IMG/VR virus record: IMGVR_UViG_3300007171_000004
Span: 1-64,000 of that record
Reading direction: 5' to 3' (one strand)
DNA length: 64,000 nucleotides
Source: a virus
Lineage: Duplodnaviria; Caudoviricetes
Part shown: in pieces, positions 1 to 10,139 of the stretch
Position numbering within the stretch: the first letter of the stretch is position 1
Layout of the letters: every line of letters starts with the position of its first letter
Notes under the pieces: generated by a model
The model's input: only the letters and a program-made list of their open reading frames with translations
The model's database searches: none
Told to the model about the DNA's origin: nothing
Position numbers and translations under genes: made by a program

Positions 1-342
1 TATAAAAACCATAATTGCAATTGATCGTTACACAATTAGCAATTACTCCACCATATCCTCTTGAAAATCCATAAGTACAGTTTTTTGCTACACAATAAAC
101 GGGATGAGTTACTGAAAATCCTGTAGTACAAGTATCTGCTTCACAATTCATTGTTCCAACTGTATTTCCAGACAGAAATACAGTTGGAACAATGAATTGT
201 GAAGCAGATACTTGTACTACAGGATTTTCAGTAACTCATCCCGTTTATTGTGTAGCAAAAAACTGTACTTATGGATTTTCAAGAGGATATGGTGGAGTAA
301 TTGCTAATTGTGTAACGATCAATTGCAATTATGGTTTTTATA
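1..342. repeat. Perfect 168-bp inverted repeat (1-168 vs 175-342) with a 6-nt loop CAGACA (169-174); fold-back at the window start
   Basis: 1-60 is the exact reverse complement of 283-342, and pairing continues to TGTATTTC-cagaca-GAAATACA at the centre (paired positions sum to 343). Confidence 0.95.
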
Positions 343-1271
343 TTGGTAATTGCACTCTAAATCATTGTATAGCTCACAATTCTTCAATCAATGGTGTTTA
401 CAATACCGCATCTGGTAATGGATTATTTAATTGTCTCATAACAAACAGTGGCGGTTATGGGTTAGCTGATGGTGGTAATACTTTAATCAGAAATTCATTT
501 GGATTTGGGAATACTTTAGGCAATTCCAATGGAGTTACATATGGATTCACAACTTTAACAGCAAGTCCTTATGTTGATTCTACAAGCTCTGATTTGAGAT
601 TGAATAATAATCCTGGCGGAGGTTTGTTAGTCAAAAATAATGTTTATCCCAAATCGTTTCCGGGAGTTCCAGCATTAATTACTTATGCAGATGCTAGTGC
701 TGCACAATCAATTGACTCTGTTTCTTATTTGAATCCAGAAATATCAATCTTAGTTAAAGCTGGAACAACATCAAGAACAGAATTTTTATATCTTAATACT
801 ACAGGACTGACATTTAGTTCTGTTGGATTGTCAGCTTCTTACGTAAGACCTGGATCAGCAAGAACTGCAATCACTTTAGTAACACAAACAACATCTGGAT
901 CATGGACTTCAGGAGGATTTGTTGAAGTTGATTCAGTGACTATGCCAGGATTATATAGGTTAGATGTTCCAAATGCGGTCTTTGCTTCAGGTGTAAATTC
1001 AGCAGCGATTGAAATTTTTAACAGCAACACTAATGATAGATTTGTTGTTACATATCATTTTACTCAAGAAATGCAATTAGATTTAACACAAACAATTCCT
1101 AATTCTACAACTGTTGGAAGTGTAGGTGAAGCTCTTAATGCTATGAGAGCTCAAGGATTTGGTAAATGGACTTTTGACGGTACAAATTTAAATATGTATG
1201 CTGCAGATAATGTAACTATTTTGAAAACATTAACTTTTAATTCTGTTAGCAATCCTACAATGAGGTCATAA
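192..1271 (+). CDS. Putative virion surface protein, 5'-truncated: beta-helix-like repeats plus conserved C-terminal module
   Basis: CxxxNCxxGF coil repeats, then the module KAGTTSRTEF...WTSGGFVEVD...MPGLYRLDVP...GEALNAMRAQGFGKW shared with 8 other ORFs. The true N-terminus is probably lost at the fold-back. Confidence 0.7.
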   Translation: MNCEADTCTTGFSVTHPVYCVAKNCTYGFSRGYGGVIANCVTINCNYGFYIGNCTLNHCIAHNSSINGVYNTASGNGLFNCLITNSGGYGLADGGNTLIRNSFGFGNTLGNSNGVTYGFTTLTASPYVDSTSSDLRLNNNPGGGLLVKNNVYPKSFPGVPALITYADASAAQSIDSVSYLNPEISILVKAGTTSRTEFLYLNTTGLTFSSVGLSASYVRPGSARTAITLVTQTTSGSWTSGGFVEVDSVTMPGLYRLDVPNAVFASGVNSAAIEIFNSNTNDRFVVTYHFTQEMQLDLTQTIPNSTTVGSVGEALNAMRAQGFGKWTFDGTNLNMYAADNVTILKTLTFNSVSNPTMRS

Positions 1272-1272
1272 A

Positions 1273-1605
1273 ATGGATATAGATCATCCCGAATTAGTAA
1301 AGTTCTCAAATGAAAAAGGCAGAATTTGTGCTGATTCTTTACTGCAAGCTTATAACACAGCTAAACAATTTATTGAGCATTGGAATAATCTTTCCACTGC
1401 TATGCCTAATTTACCAGATGAAATTGCAGATGGCTCTCAATCTTCTATGGGTATTTCAGCTGATGGTAGAAAATCAATTACAGGCGAAAAATATCATCAA
1501 TTCAAAACTTCTTGTGAATCAATTATAACTTTAGTAGAATCCAATGATAATGAAATTAAAACATTATTATTAAATATAGCTGTGAATGGACAGGCTAGGT
1601 TCTAA
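1273..1605 (+). CDS. 110-aa hypothetical protein (possible fibre chaperone), paralog of 11716..12048
   Basis: Near-identical layout to 11716..12048 (HPELVKFSNEK..ICADS...IADGS...ADGRK.ITG...IAVNGQARF); its stop overlaps the next ATG. Confidence 0.8.
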   Translation: MDIDHPELVKFSNEKGRICADSLLQAYNTAKQFIEHWNNLSTAMPNLPDEIADGSQSSMGISADGRKSITGEKYHQFKTSCESIITLVESNDNEIKTLLLNIAVNGQARF

Positions 1606-3734
1606 TGGGAGTTCAACTAAGCTTGATGGAAGTTCAAGCTACTGGATCAGATAATAATTCAGGCTTGTTTGATACACAAGCTTCTATGACATCTACATTA
1701 TCTGCTACAAGTGCTAATACAGCTTCTCCAGTAGTAACAGCTTCAAACTACACATTTACTGCAAATGATGTAGGACATTTTTTATACGTCAAGCCTAGTG
1801 GAAGTTGGAAATCTGGTTGGTATAAAATCGCATCTGTAACTTCTGGTGCTGCTACTTTAATTGCTAGTATTGGAAGTGTATTTGGTGGTGATAAACAACC
1901 CAATACTACACTTGGAATCAGCTTAAATGCAACAGATTCAGGTGGGACATGGGCAGTTGATTATACACAGAAAAATACTTCTTTTATTTCATATACAGAT
2001 TTAGTTGCAGTTACAGCTTCACAATTAACATCTGCTGCTAATCCATTTACACCTAATTTAATTGGTAATTCAATACAAATATTATCAGGTACAGGATTTT
2101 CCCCTAACATTTACATCATAAGTTCATTAACAGGTTCTGCTGCAAATTTTCATACTAGCTTTGCCACACCCGGATCTACAGGTGGAACTGGAAATCTAGG
2201 CGGAGCTTTAGCCACTGTACATAAAGCTTGTGGAATGATTGGAATTAATCAAAATTATGTTTATGTAAAAGGAAGCGCTGGGATAATTACTGTATCTTCT
2301 AATGCTTTCGGATTAATACAAGCTCATAGTGTTATTGGTTATCAAAATAATAGATGGGATAATTTAAAAGCCACCATTAGATTAGGAGCAGCAGGGACAA
2401 GATTTTTAACAAGTGGTGATGGTAGATATGCATACTTACATAATCTTATAATCGATGGACAAGGTTATTCTGATACAAGGGCTACTTCATTTGGAAATAA
2501 TCAAAGATCATATGCTTATAATTGTGAATTTAGAAATTTAACATATGGGCTTTGGGCTCAAGGTGGTTTTACTGTAGATAATTGTATCTTTGAAAATATT
2601 ACTACCAGTCCTTTTGGATATACTACAGGTTCTATATCCAGATGTATATTTAAGAATTGTTATGGTAGTGTAGGTAATCCAGTCACTGTAGATAGATCTA
2701 TATTTATTGGTGGAAATACAGGTATATATAATTCTGGTGCTGTGGGACAAATAACTAACAACACATTTTATAATCTTTCTGGTGATGCAATATATTTTTA
2801 TAGCAATTACACAACTACAATAGGCAACACAGCTATAATTTATAATAATATATTTTCAAATATATCAGGATATGCAATTAATTACGCAAACAATGGACTT
2901 CAATATAACTTAGTATCAAAGAATAATGCTTACTTTGCTTGTACTAGTGGTAATTTTTATAATGGCAGAGGTAATGACCCTAACGTAGGTAATATTCAGT
3001 TAGTAAGTCAAATCCAATTATCTTCGTCCCCATTTGTTAATCCAAGTGTTGGTGATTTAAGACTAAATAATGATCTAACAGGTGGAAGATTATGTCGTGG
3101 TGCTTCTATATCTTCAACCAGTATTGTAACAACATCTATTGATGCCTTGGATTTAGGTGCAGTTCAGTCAAGTTCTAATCTAGTTGATCGTAATTTAGCA
3201 CCAGTAAGTAAAAGTCTAACGATTAAACAAGGCACAACTTCGTATACAGAATTTATAAATTTAATTGGAACTGGATATACAATCAGTAATCTTAAAGCTT
3301 ATTACACGAGAGTGGGATCTTCACCAGTGGAAATTACATTGACTTCTCAAACTGTTAATGGAGCATGGACATCTGGTGGTTTTGTAGAAATAGATAATAA
3401 CTCAATGCCGGGTATTTATAGATTTGATGTACCTAATGCAGTATTTAGTTCTGGATCTTCCTCAGCTATATTGCAAATATCAAACTTAAGTACAGGGGAT
3501 AAAGCAATTATTATTTACAAATTCCAAGATCAACAAACCCTAGATTTCACTCAAACATTTCCAAATTCTAATGTAGCACAATCTATTGGAGATGCTTTAA
3601 ATGCAGCTAGATCTTCAGGTTTTGGTAGATGGACTTTGAATGATAGAACTTTGAGTTTATATGGTGCAGATAATACCACTATTGTTAAAACATTCACTTT
3701 GAATTCTTCCACATTCCCTACAGAGAGAAGTTAA
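1605..3734 (+). CDS. Putative virion surface protein: beta-helix passenger plus conserved C-terminal module
   Basis: N-terminal EVQ..GSD.NSG.FD domain shared with 12048..14876; NC.F.N and NN.F coil repeats; C-terminal SGGFVEID/MPGIYRFDVP module. Confidence 0.75.
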   Translation: MGVQLSLMEVQATGSDNNSGLFDTQASMTSTLSATSANTASPVVTASNYTFTANDVGHFLYVKPSGSWKSGWYKIASVTSGAATLIASIGSVFGGDKQPNTTLGISLNATDSGGTWAVDYTQKNTSFISYTDLVAVTASQLTSAANPFTPNLIGNSIQILSGTGFSPNIYIISSLTGSAANFHTSFATPGSTGGTGNLGGALATVHKACGMIGINQNYVYVKGSAGIITVSSNAFGLIQAHSVIGYQNNRWDNLKATIRLGAAGTRFLTSGDGRYAYLHNLIIDGQGYSDTRATSFGNNQRSYAYNCEFRNLTYGLWAQGGFTVDNCIFENITTSPFGYTTGSISRCIFKNCYGSVGNPVTVDRSIFIGGNTGIYNSGAVGQITNNTFYNLSGDAIYFYSNYTTTIGNTAIIYNNIFSNISGYAINYANNGLQYNLVSKNNAYFACTSGNFYNGRGNDPNVGNIQLVSQIQLSSSPFVNPSVGDLRLNNDLTGGRLCRGASISSTSIVTTSIDALDLGAVQSSSNLVDRNLAPVSKSLTIKQGTTSYTEFINLIGTGYTISNLKAYYTRVGSSPVEITLTSQTVNGAWTSGGFVEIDNNSMPGIYRFDVPNAVFSSGSSSAILQISNLSTGDKAIIIYKFQDQQTLDFTQTFPNSNVAQSIGDALNAARSSGFGRWTLNDRTLSLYGADNTTIVKTFTLNSSTFPTERS

Positions 3735-5884
3735 TGAGTAAATTCTTATACCAGATACAATCAGGATTAAACCATCAACATACTTTTGGATTGATTGATT
3801 ATTGGGTTCAAACTGTCACTGCATCTGGATATACTCAAACATTAGAAATTCAAGCTGAAGCTACAGGAAATATTACAAAAATAGGTGTTTTATTCAGTAG
3901 TAGATCTGGAACTCCTGGTATTTTTAGAATTAGTTTAGAAGACCCTGCAACCCCTGGAGTATATTTAAATTCTGGTACAGCCTATGCAGATTATAATTCA
4001 GCCACTGGTACTGTAAACACTTTTGCTGAATTAACTATACCTCCATGCCCAGTAGTTTTAGGACAATATATTAATGTTGTAACTCAAACATATTCTGGAA
4101 CATTTGATGCTAATAATAAAACTAATCATCTTTATGCTTTATGGGCTGGTGGATATCAATTTCCAAATGGCAGAGGAACATTTCGCACTCCAGTATTTTA
4201 TTATGTAATCAATGGTAAATACTATGGATATCCTCATTATGGAGAAACATCAACAACAGTATCTGGAACACAAGAAGCTGGAATAAAAATCACAATTCCT
4301 AAGGGAGCTGGGACTACGCATTTATTGCAAGATATCGTATCAAAACTTAATGGTAACACTCCAGTAACTATTCTTATATATGCGTCTAATGGAACAACTT
4401 TACTTCATCAATCTACTGTTATTTTTGTAAGTAATTCATGGAGAGCAAATAAATTTCCATTATCTAGTGAATTTTATATGAAAGCTGGAGAAACATATTA
4501 TATCGTTTTCAAAGCTCCTTCTGGCGGTACATTATATTTTGCAGTAGTTGATGGTTATAATGAACAAGCTTGGGAATCTCAAACTCAAGAATATATGATT
4601 TATGTTAACAGAGCTTCGAATAGTGTTGCTTTTACTGAAACTGCTGGTAGAAGAATGTCAGCTCAATTAAGATTCAAAGATTTAGCTTCCTTAGATTATT
4701 ACAACCCTACATCTACATATAATAAAGCGATTAATATCAAAGCTGGCACAACATCTTATTCTGAATATGTGCAATTAAACGCCACTGGAATTGCATTTAA
4801 TACTCCGGGAATTACAGCTTCATATGTTAGATCAGGTGGAGTTAGAGTTGGTATTACTTTAGTATCTCAAACTGTTAATGGCGCATGGACTTCTGGTGGA
4901 TTTGTAGAGGTAGATGCTGTTAACATGCCGGGTCTTTATAGAATTGACATACCGGATGCAGCATTTGCTTCAGGTGTTAATCAAGTTACATTAATGATTA
5001 AAGGATATAATCAGACAAATGGAGCTTTAGTGACATATCAATTTACTCAAGAATTAATGCAGATTGATATGACACAAAATTATCCTAATACAAATACAGC
5101 TGGAACTATTGGAGATGCTTTTAATGCTGCGAGAACTGGAACATTTGGTAGGAGATCAATAAGAGACAAAACCATATATTATTATTCTCCTAATGAAATT
5201 GATATAGTTAAAACATTGTATCTTGATTCAGCATCAGCCCCTAAAAGCAAAATGGAAATTCAAACTGATAATGTGTTTGGATTGATATTTCATTTAGATG
5301 CTGCAAATTCAACTTCATATCCCGGAACTGGAACTACATGGCTTGATATATCTGGTTTTGGAAATCATGGAGCCTTAACAAATGGACCAACTATAGGCGG
5401 TACTGGAACGGGTAAATATTTCTTTTTTGATGGTACTAATGACTTTGTGGATTTTGGGTCTTATACTCCCGAAGCAGATACTATTTCTCTATGGTATTAT
5501 CACATTTCTAACAATGGTGCAATTGCTGCTGTAGGTAATGATGCTTATAATTATGGCACATGGTCTTGGTCTTTAATCTCAGGATCTGGTGGTGCTAATA
5601 ATTATAATGTTTTTAGTGGAAGTAACGAATGGATTAATCAGAATCAATGGGTAAATGTTGTAATGGTTCGTTCAAATCCTACACAAGTTTATGTAAATGG
5701 ATTATTAAGATCAACATATAACTCTGGCAATTTATCAAATCCTTTTCCATTTTTAAAATTAATGACATCAGGAAACACTAAACCTGCTGGAAGACTGTCT
5801 GTAGTAAAAATCTGGAACATAAGATTAAACGATGCACAAATACTACAAGAATTTAACACATATAAATCTAGGTATGGCTTATAA
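3734..5884 (+). CDS. Putative virion surface protein: beta-sandwich N-terminus, conserved module, LamG-like lectin domain
   Basis: Module at ~aa 335-505; C-terminal LDAANSTSYPGTGTTW...FDGTND...KSRYGL LamG/concanavalin-like domain; N-terminus resembles that of 10139..11713. Confidence 0.75.
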   Translation: MSKFLYQIQSGLNHQHTFGLIDYWVQTVTASGYTQTLEIQAEATGNITKIGVLFSSRSGTPGIFRISLEDPATPGVYLNSGTAYADYNSATGTVNTFAELTIPPCPVVLGQYINVVTQTYSGTFDANNKTNHLYALWAGGYQFPNGRGTFRTPVFYYVINGKYYGYPHYGETSTTVSGTQEAGIKITIPKGAGTTHLLQDIVSKLNGNTPVTILIYASNGTTLLHQSTVIFVSNSWRANKFPLSSEFYMKAGETYYIVFKAPSGGTLYFAVVDGYNEQAWESQTQEYMIYVNRASNSVAFTETAGRRMSAQLRFKDLASLDYYNPTSTYNKAINIKAGTTSYSEYVQLNATGIAFNTPGITASYVRSGGVRVGITLVSQTVNGAWTSGGFVEVDAVNMPGLYRIDIPDAAFASGVNQVTLMIKGYNQTNGALVTYQFTQELMQIDMTQNYPNTNTAGTIGDAFNAARTGTFGRRSIRDKTIYYYSPNEIDIVKTLYLDSASAPKSKMEIQTDNVFGLIFHLDAANSTSYPGTGTTWLDISGFGNHGALTNGPTIGGTGTGKYFFFDGTNDFVDFGSYTPEADTISLWYYHISNNGAIAAVGNDAYNYGTWSWSLISGSGGANNYNVFSGSNEWINQNQWVNVVMVRSNPTQVYVNGLLRSTYNSGNLSNPFPFLKLMTSGNTKPAGRLSVVKIWNIRLNDAQILQEFNTYKSRYGL

Positions 5885-7191
5885 TGGCAATTTATCCGTA
5901 TTTCTCAACAACAATAATTAACAAAGATGTATTAACAAATTCATCTTTTAAAGCTGGAATGGCTCTTGTATTAGATAGCAATGGAAGAGCAATAAAAGCT
6001 GATAGTCAATTATTAGTATTTGATTCAATTTCTCAAAAATATGGAAAATTCTTAGGGTTCGCTGCTTCTGATCATGATATTTCTGGCAACACAATTATTA
6101 TCCCAGATGTTGTTGGATCAAATTATCTAGATGCAAATTATAACTTTGTCAAAAATGAAAATACAGAATACTCAGTTGCCAAAAGAGCCATATTAGATCA
6201 TCAAGACACAGCTGTAAGTAATTTCTATAATGCTTCTGATTCTAATATCTTATCTAAAAGAGGTATTGGAGTTTATAACACACCCGGAGATTATTTTGTA
6301 ACAGATCAATTTGTCAGAGTATTGCATGGAGATTATGGAGTAGATTCAACCACTCTTGTAGATTTAAATCCCGGAGACCTATTAACTTTTGGCGGAGGAA
6401 TTAACGCTGGAAAATTAGTGAAGGTTAATGTTAATTCTTTTGGACCAGATTTAATTGTTGTAGGCCAAGTAAATAAATATGTTCCAGTTACAGGATTGCT
6501 ATATTTTACTCAGGTTAATTATAGTGTAAGTTTTGGTGGTAATTCTTCTACTGTCTTAGCTCTTGATGCTGGCTCCACTGTCTCTTATCCGGGCTCTGGT
6601 ACAGTTTGGTATGATTTGTCTGGTAATGCTAGAAATTTCAGTTTAATCAATGGTCCAGTTTATTCTCCTGTAAATTCTGGTGTCATTTCATTTGATGGTA
6701 CTAACGATTATGCTGAATTAAACTATACATCAGCACAAAATATTTCTACATTATTATTTTGGTTCAATTCGAGAAGTTTTTCTTCTGCTCCATCTTACGA
6801 ATGTTTGACTGCTTGGGATAGTGCTTCTCCAGGAGGTTTTGACATAAGAAAAAGTTTAGGCTCAAATCAGATTGAGTATAGTGATTATTACAATGGGCTT
6901 TTGGGTACTAGAAGTATTGGGGCTATATCTGACAATTCTTGGTACTTGGTGGCAATTACTTATGACAATGTTTCATTAAAAATTTATTTAAATAATAGTA
7001 AGGTTGTAGATTCACCTACAACTGGTCCAAAAGTAACTGGATCTCCGACATTACAAATTGCAGGAAATCCTTTTAGACCTAATAGACAATTAGATTGTTA
7101 TTTTTCTGAATATAGATTCTTGTCCAAAGCACTAACAGCCACAGAAATATCAGCTTACTATAATGCAACAAAAGGAAGATACGGTTTATAA
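5884..7191 (+). CDS. Putative head-decoration-like N-terminal domain fused to a LamG-like domain
   Basis: N-terminal GMALVLDSNGRAIKAD...FLGFAASDH...PGDLLTF...GKLVKV...VVGQV pattern resembles capsid cement proteins; C-terminal LDAGSTVSYPGSG...FDGTND LamG domain; lacks the conserved module. Confidence 0.6.
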   Translation: MAIYPYFSTTIINKDVLTNSSFKAGMALVLDSNGRAIKADSQLLVFDSISQKYGKFLGFAASDHDISGNTIIIPDVVGSNYLDANYNFVKNENTEYSVAKRAILDHQDTAVSNFYNASDSNILSKRGIGVYNTPGDYFVTDQFVRVLHGDYGVDSTTLVDLNPGDLLTFGGGINAGKLVKVNVNSFGPDLIVVGQVNKYVPVTGLLYFTQVNYSVSFGGNSSTVLALDAGSTVSYPGSGTVWYDLSGNARNFSLINGPVYSPVNSGVISFDGTNDYAELNYTSAQNISTLLFWFNSRSFSSAPSYECLTAWDSASPGGFDIRKSLGSNQIEYSDYYNGLLGTRSIGAISDNSWYLVAITYDNVSLKIYLNNSKVVDSPTTGPKVTGSPTLQIAGNPFRPNRQLDCYFSEYRFLSKALTATEISAYYNATKGRYGL

Positions 7192-10139
7192 TGGCTACAT
7201 TTTATATTAAACCATCTGCAAGCGGTGGTAATGATAGCAATAATGGATTATCTCCTTCTACAGCTTGGGCAACATTAGGAAAAGCTTTAAGTGCTAGTCC
7301 TGGATTGTCAGCTGGAGATATTGTTTATGTAGCTCCCGGAACATACAGAGAATCATTAAGTGCAAACCTAGAATATTTAGGAAATAGTGGAACTGATGTC
7401 AATCCAATCCAAATCAAAGGAGATCCAAGAGCATTACAAGCTTGGGGAAATATTACTCCTGGAATTGTAAGATGGACTGTATTTCCAACAGATAATACAA
7501 ACCCAGTGACAGGATGGAAAATTTTATCTGCCAATTCTAAAAATTATGTCAAATGGGAATCAATTTATTTTGATACATGGACAAGTAGCTATGCAATCAC
7601 ATTAAATTTATGCAGAGGCTGGTCTTTTACTAAATGTTGCTTTAATTCTGTTCAATTAAATAATCAAATCTTTCAACTCACAAACGCTGCAGGAGTGCCA
7701 TATGATTTTACTTTAGATCAATGTGTTCTTTATGGAATGCAATGTTTTACAGTTACACATGAAAGACATACTTCTACTTATGATGTTAATATAAATATAA
7801 AAGATTGTATATTTTTAGGCAATCCTCAAACAGGTCAAGCAATTGTATTCACGGCTTCTGGAACTGGATCAGATGGTAATGGAATAAAAATTTACAATTC
7901 TTATTTCGCAGGTTTTAATAGTCAATCTATATATATTAGCTCTACAAACACAACCCATAATAGCATTGTTAAAAACTGCATAATCGTAAACGGAAACATA
8001 TATGGGGCAGTAACAGGAGCAGTAGTACAAACATATAACAGATTGATTGGAACAAGTTTACAAAATACTGCTTCAAGTGCAACATCCATATCTGCTGGAA
8101 CTTCTGGACTTTCTCTTGGCTACGAAAGAATTAACAATCTTTTTGCCCATGATATTTATTCGAGTTATTTAAATAGTCCTTTGATTAACTCTGGAGAATT
8201 ACTTAACGCTCCGACAACAGATTTATATAGCAACCCTTGGACTGGAGCTAACCCTGATGTTGGACCTATAGCTTACAAACCCATCTCTAATCCTCAATTT
8301 GTCGCATCAGATTCAGTGGTAAATATTAGACAAAATACAACATCTAGGACAGAATTTATCAACCTTAACTCTGTCGGATATAAATTTAATACAGCCACTT
8401 TAGTCGCATCTTATATCAAACTAGGTGGAACAAGAACAAGTATTCCCCTAGTAACACAAACAGTAACAGGAGCTTGGACATCTGGAGGGTTTGTTGAAAT
8501 AGATCCAATTAATATGCCTGGACTCTATAGATTTGACGTGCCAGATACAGTATTCGCCAGCTCCGCATCAGCAATACAAATTATAAATACAGCTAATTCA
8601 GATAAAGCCACAATTACATATAAATTTACACAAGAATATAAAATAGATTTAACTCAGGCTGTTCCAGAAATTAATGTTCCAAATACTGTCGGAGATGCAC
8701 TTAACGCAGCCAGAGCAGGAACATTTGGTGGCATGACAATTGGTAATAAAGAATTAAATTACTATAGTCCTACAAATGCTATTATCAAAACATTTACAGT
8801 TGATTCTAATACATACATCAGATCTAAAAAAGAAAAGAACTTTATTCCTTATGATGGATTAAAATTATATCTAGATGCTGGTAAAGGATTATCATATTCT
8901 GGCACTGGTTCTAACTGGGTGGATTTAAGTGGAAATTACAATAATGGCTTCCTAACAAATGGCCCTACATATAATTCAGCCAACGAAGGAACTATTGTAT
9001 TTGATGGCACTAACGATTATATTTCTTTCAACACGCAGCCATTAAGTGCCACAGCTTTTACGATTATTTTGAATTTTAAAATATCAACATTTACAACTCA
9101 AGGAACTAAATTTAGAAGATTAATCGCTATCAATCAAACTGGATATGCTTTTGATAATCCTTTTGCATTCTTTGTTAACGATACAGGCAAATTAGGATAT
9201 TTAGTTGGGAATGGTGCGTTTCCGAACACTGAGGAAATGCTAACTATTACAGGTGGGCCAACATTAGAAATTAATAAATGGTATCACGCTGCTTTAACAT
9301 TTAACGGAACACAAAAGAAACTATACATTGGCGGTAATTTAGTATCAACAATTACAAACTCTACAACATTCACAAATTCATTAAATAATAAGCTGATAAT
9401 AGGCTCAAGAAATGGCACTGATGGATGTTTACAAGGTTCTATTGGTACTGTTCATGTTTATAATAGAGCTTTATCAGATGCAGAGGTTATGAGTAATTAT
9501 GCTATATATAATTCTAGATATATTTCTGGCATAGTTCAATCAGGATTACTTCTTTATATTGATCCAAATAATTTGCAATCATATCCTGGATCTGGAATTG
9601 TTTTATATAATTTAGTCAATGCTCAATACAATGGTGTGATGACAAATGGAGCTTCTTTTGGTTCTGATTCTTCTGGCGGATATATAGCCACTGATGGAAC
9701 CAATGATTATGTAAAATTTCCATTAACAAGAAATACAACTCCATACACTGTTTTTGTATTTTCAAGAATATTTTCAAATGGAAGAATGATATCTGACGAT
9801 TCCAACTGGTTAATGGGAAACTGGATGGGCAATCAAAATGCTTATCATGCTAATGGCTGGGTCTGGCAAAATGGTGGTCCTACAGGAAATGGATGGAGAT
9901 CGCATTGTGTTACTGGAGATTACACTAACGACACCTGGAAAGTTTTTGCCAATGGTGTTAAGTTAGCTGAAAATAGTGGTGGAAGCAGTGGTTTTACAAA
10001 TATCACATGGGGAATTTGGAATAGTGCAGGCGAACCCTGTGCTGCTCATTTTGGTGTATTCTTAGTGTATGACAGAGTATTAACAGATGCAGAAGTATTA
10101 CAAAACCATGAAGCTCTTAGAGGAAGGTACGGAATCTAA
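7191..10139 (+). CDS. Putative virion surface protein: beta-helix, conserved module, two LamG-like domains
   Basis: Starts FYIKPS..GGNDSNNG...AWATLGKA (typical pectin-lyase-like start); central module; two LamG repeats (LDAG..SY.G.G and IDP.N..SY.G.G), each with a DGTNDY motif. Confidence 0.8.
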   Translation: MATFYIKPSASGGNDSNNGLSPSTAWATLGKALSASPGLSAGDIVYVAPGTYRESLSANLEYLGNSGTDVNPIQIKGDPRALQAWGNITPGIVRWTVFPTDNTNPVTGWKILSANSKNYVKWESIYFDTWTSSYAITLNLCRGWSFTKCCFNSVQLNNQIFQLTNAAGVPYDFTLDQCVLYGMQCFTVTHERHTSTYDVNINIKDCIFLGNPQTGQAIVFTASGTGSDGNGIKIYNSYFAGFNSQSIYISSTNTTHNSIVKNCIIVNGNIYGAVTGAVVQTYNRLIGTSLQNTASSATSISAGTSGLSLGYERINNLFAHDIYSSYLNSPLINSGELLNAPTTDLYSNPWTGANPDVGPIAYKPISNPQFVASDSVVNIRQNTTSRTEFINLNSVGYKFNTATLVASYIKLGGTRTSIPLVTQTVTGAWTSGGFVEIDPINMPGLYRFDVPDTVFASSASAIQIINTANSDKATITYKFTQEYKIDLTQAVPEINVPNTVGDALNAARAGTFGGMTIGNKELNYYSPTNAIIKTFTVDSNTYIRSKKEKNFIPYDGLKLYLDAGKGLSYSGTGSNWVDLSGNYNNGFLTNGPTYNSANEGTIVFDGTNDYISFNTQPLSATAFTIILNFKISTFTTQGTKFRRLIAINQTGYAFDNPFAFFVNDTGKLGYLVGNGAFPNTEEMLTITGGPTLEINKWYHAALTFNGTQKKLYIGGNLVSTITNSTTFTNSLNNKLIIGSRNGTDGCLQGSIGTVHVYNRALSDAEVMSNYAIYNSRYISGIVQSGLLLYIDPNNLQSYPGSGIVLYNLVNAQYNGVMTNGASFGSDSSGGYIATDGTNDYVKFPLTRNTTPYTVFVFSRIFSNGRMISDDSNWLMGNWMGNQNAYHANGWVWQNGGPTGNGWRSHCVTGDYTNDTWKVFANGVKLAENSGGSSGFTNITWGIWNSAGEPCAAHFGVFLVYDRVLTDAEVLQNHEALRGRYGI

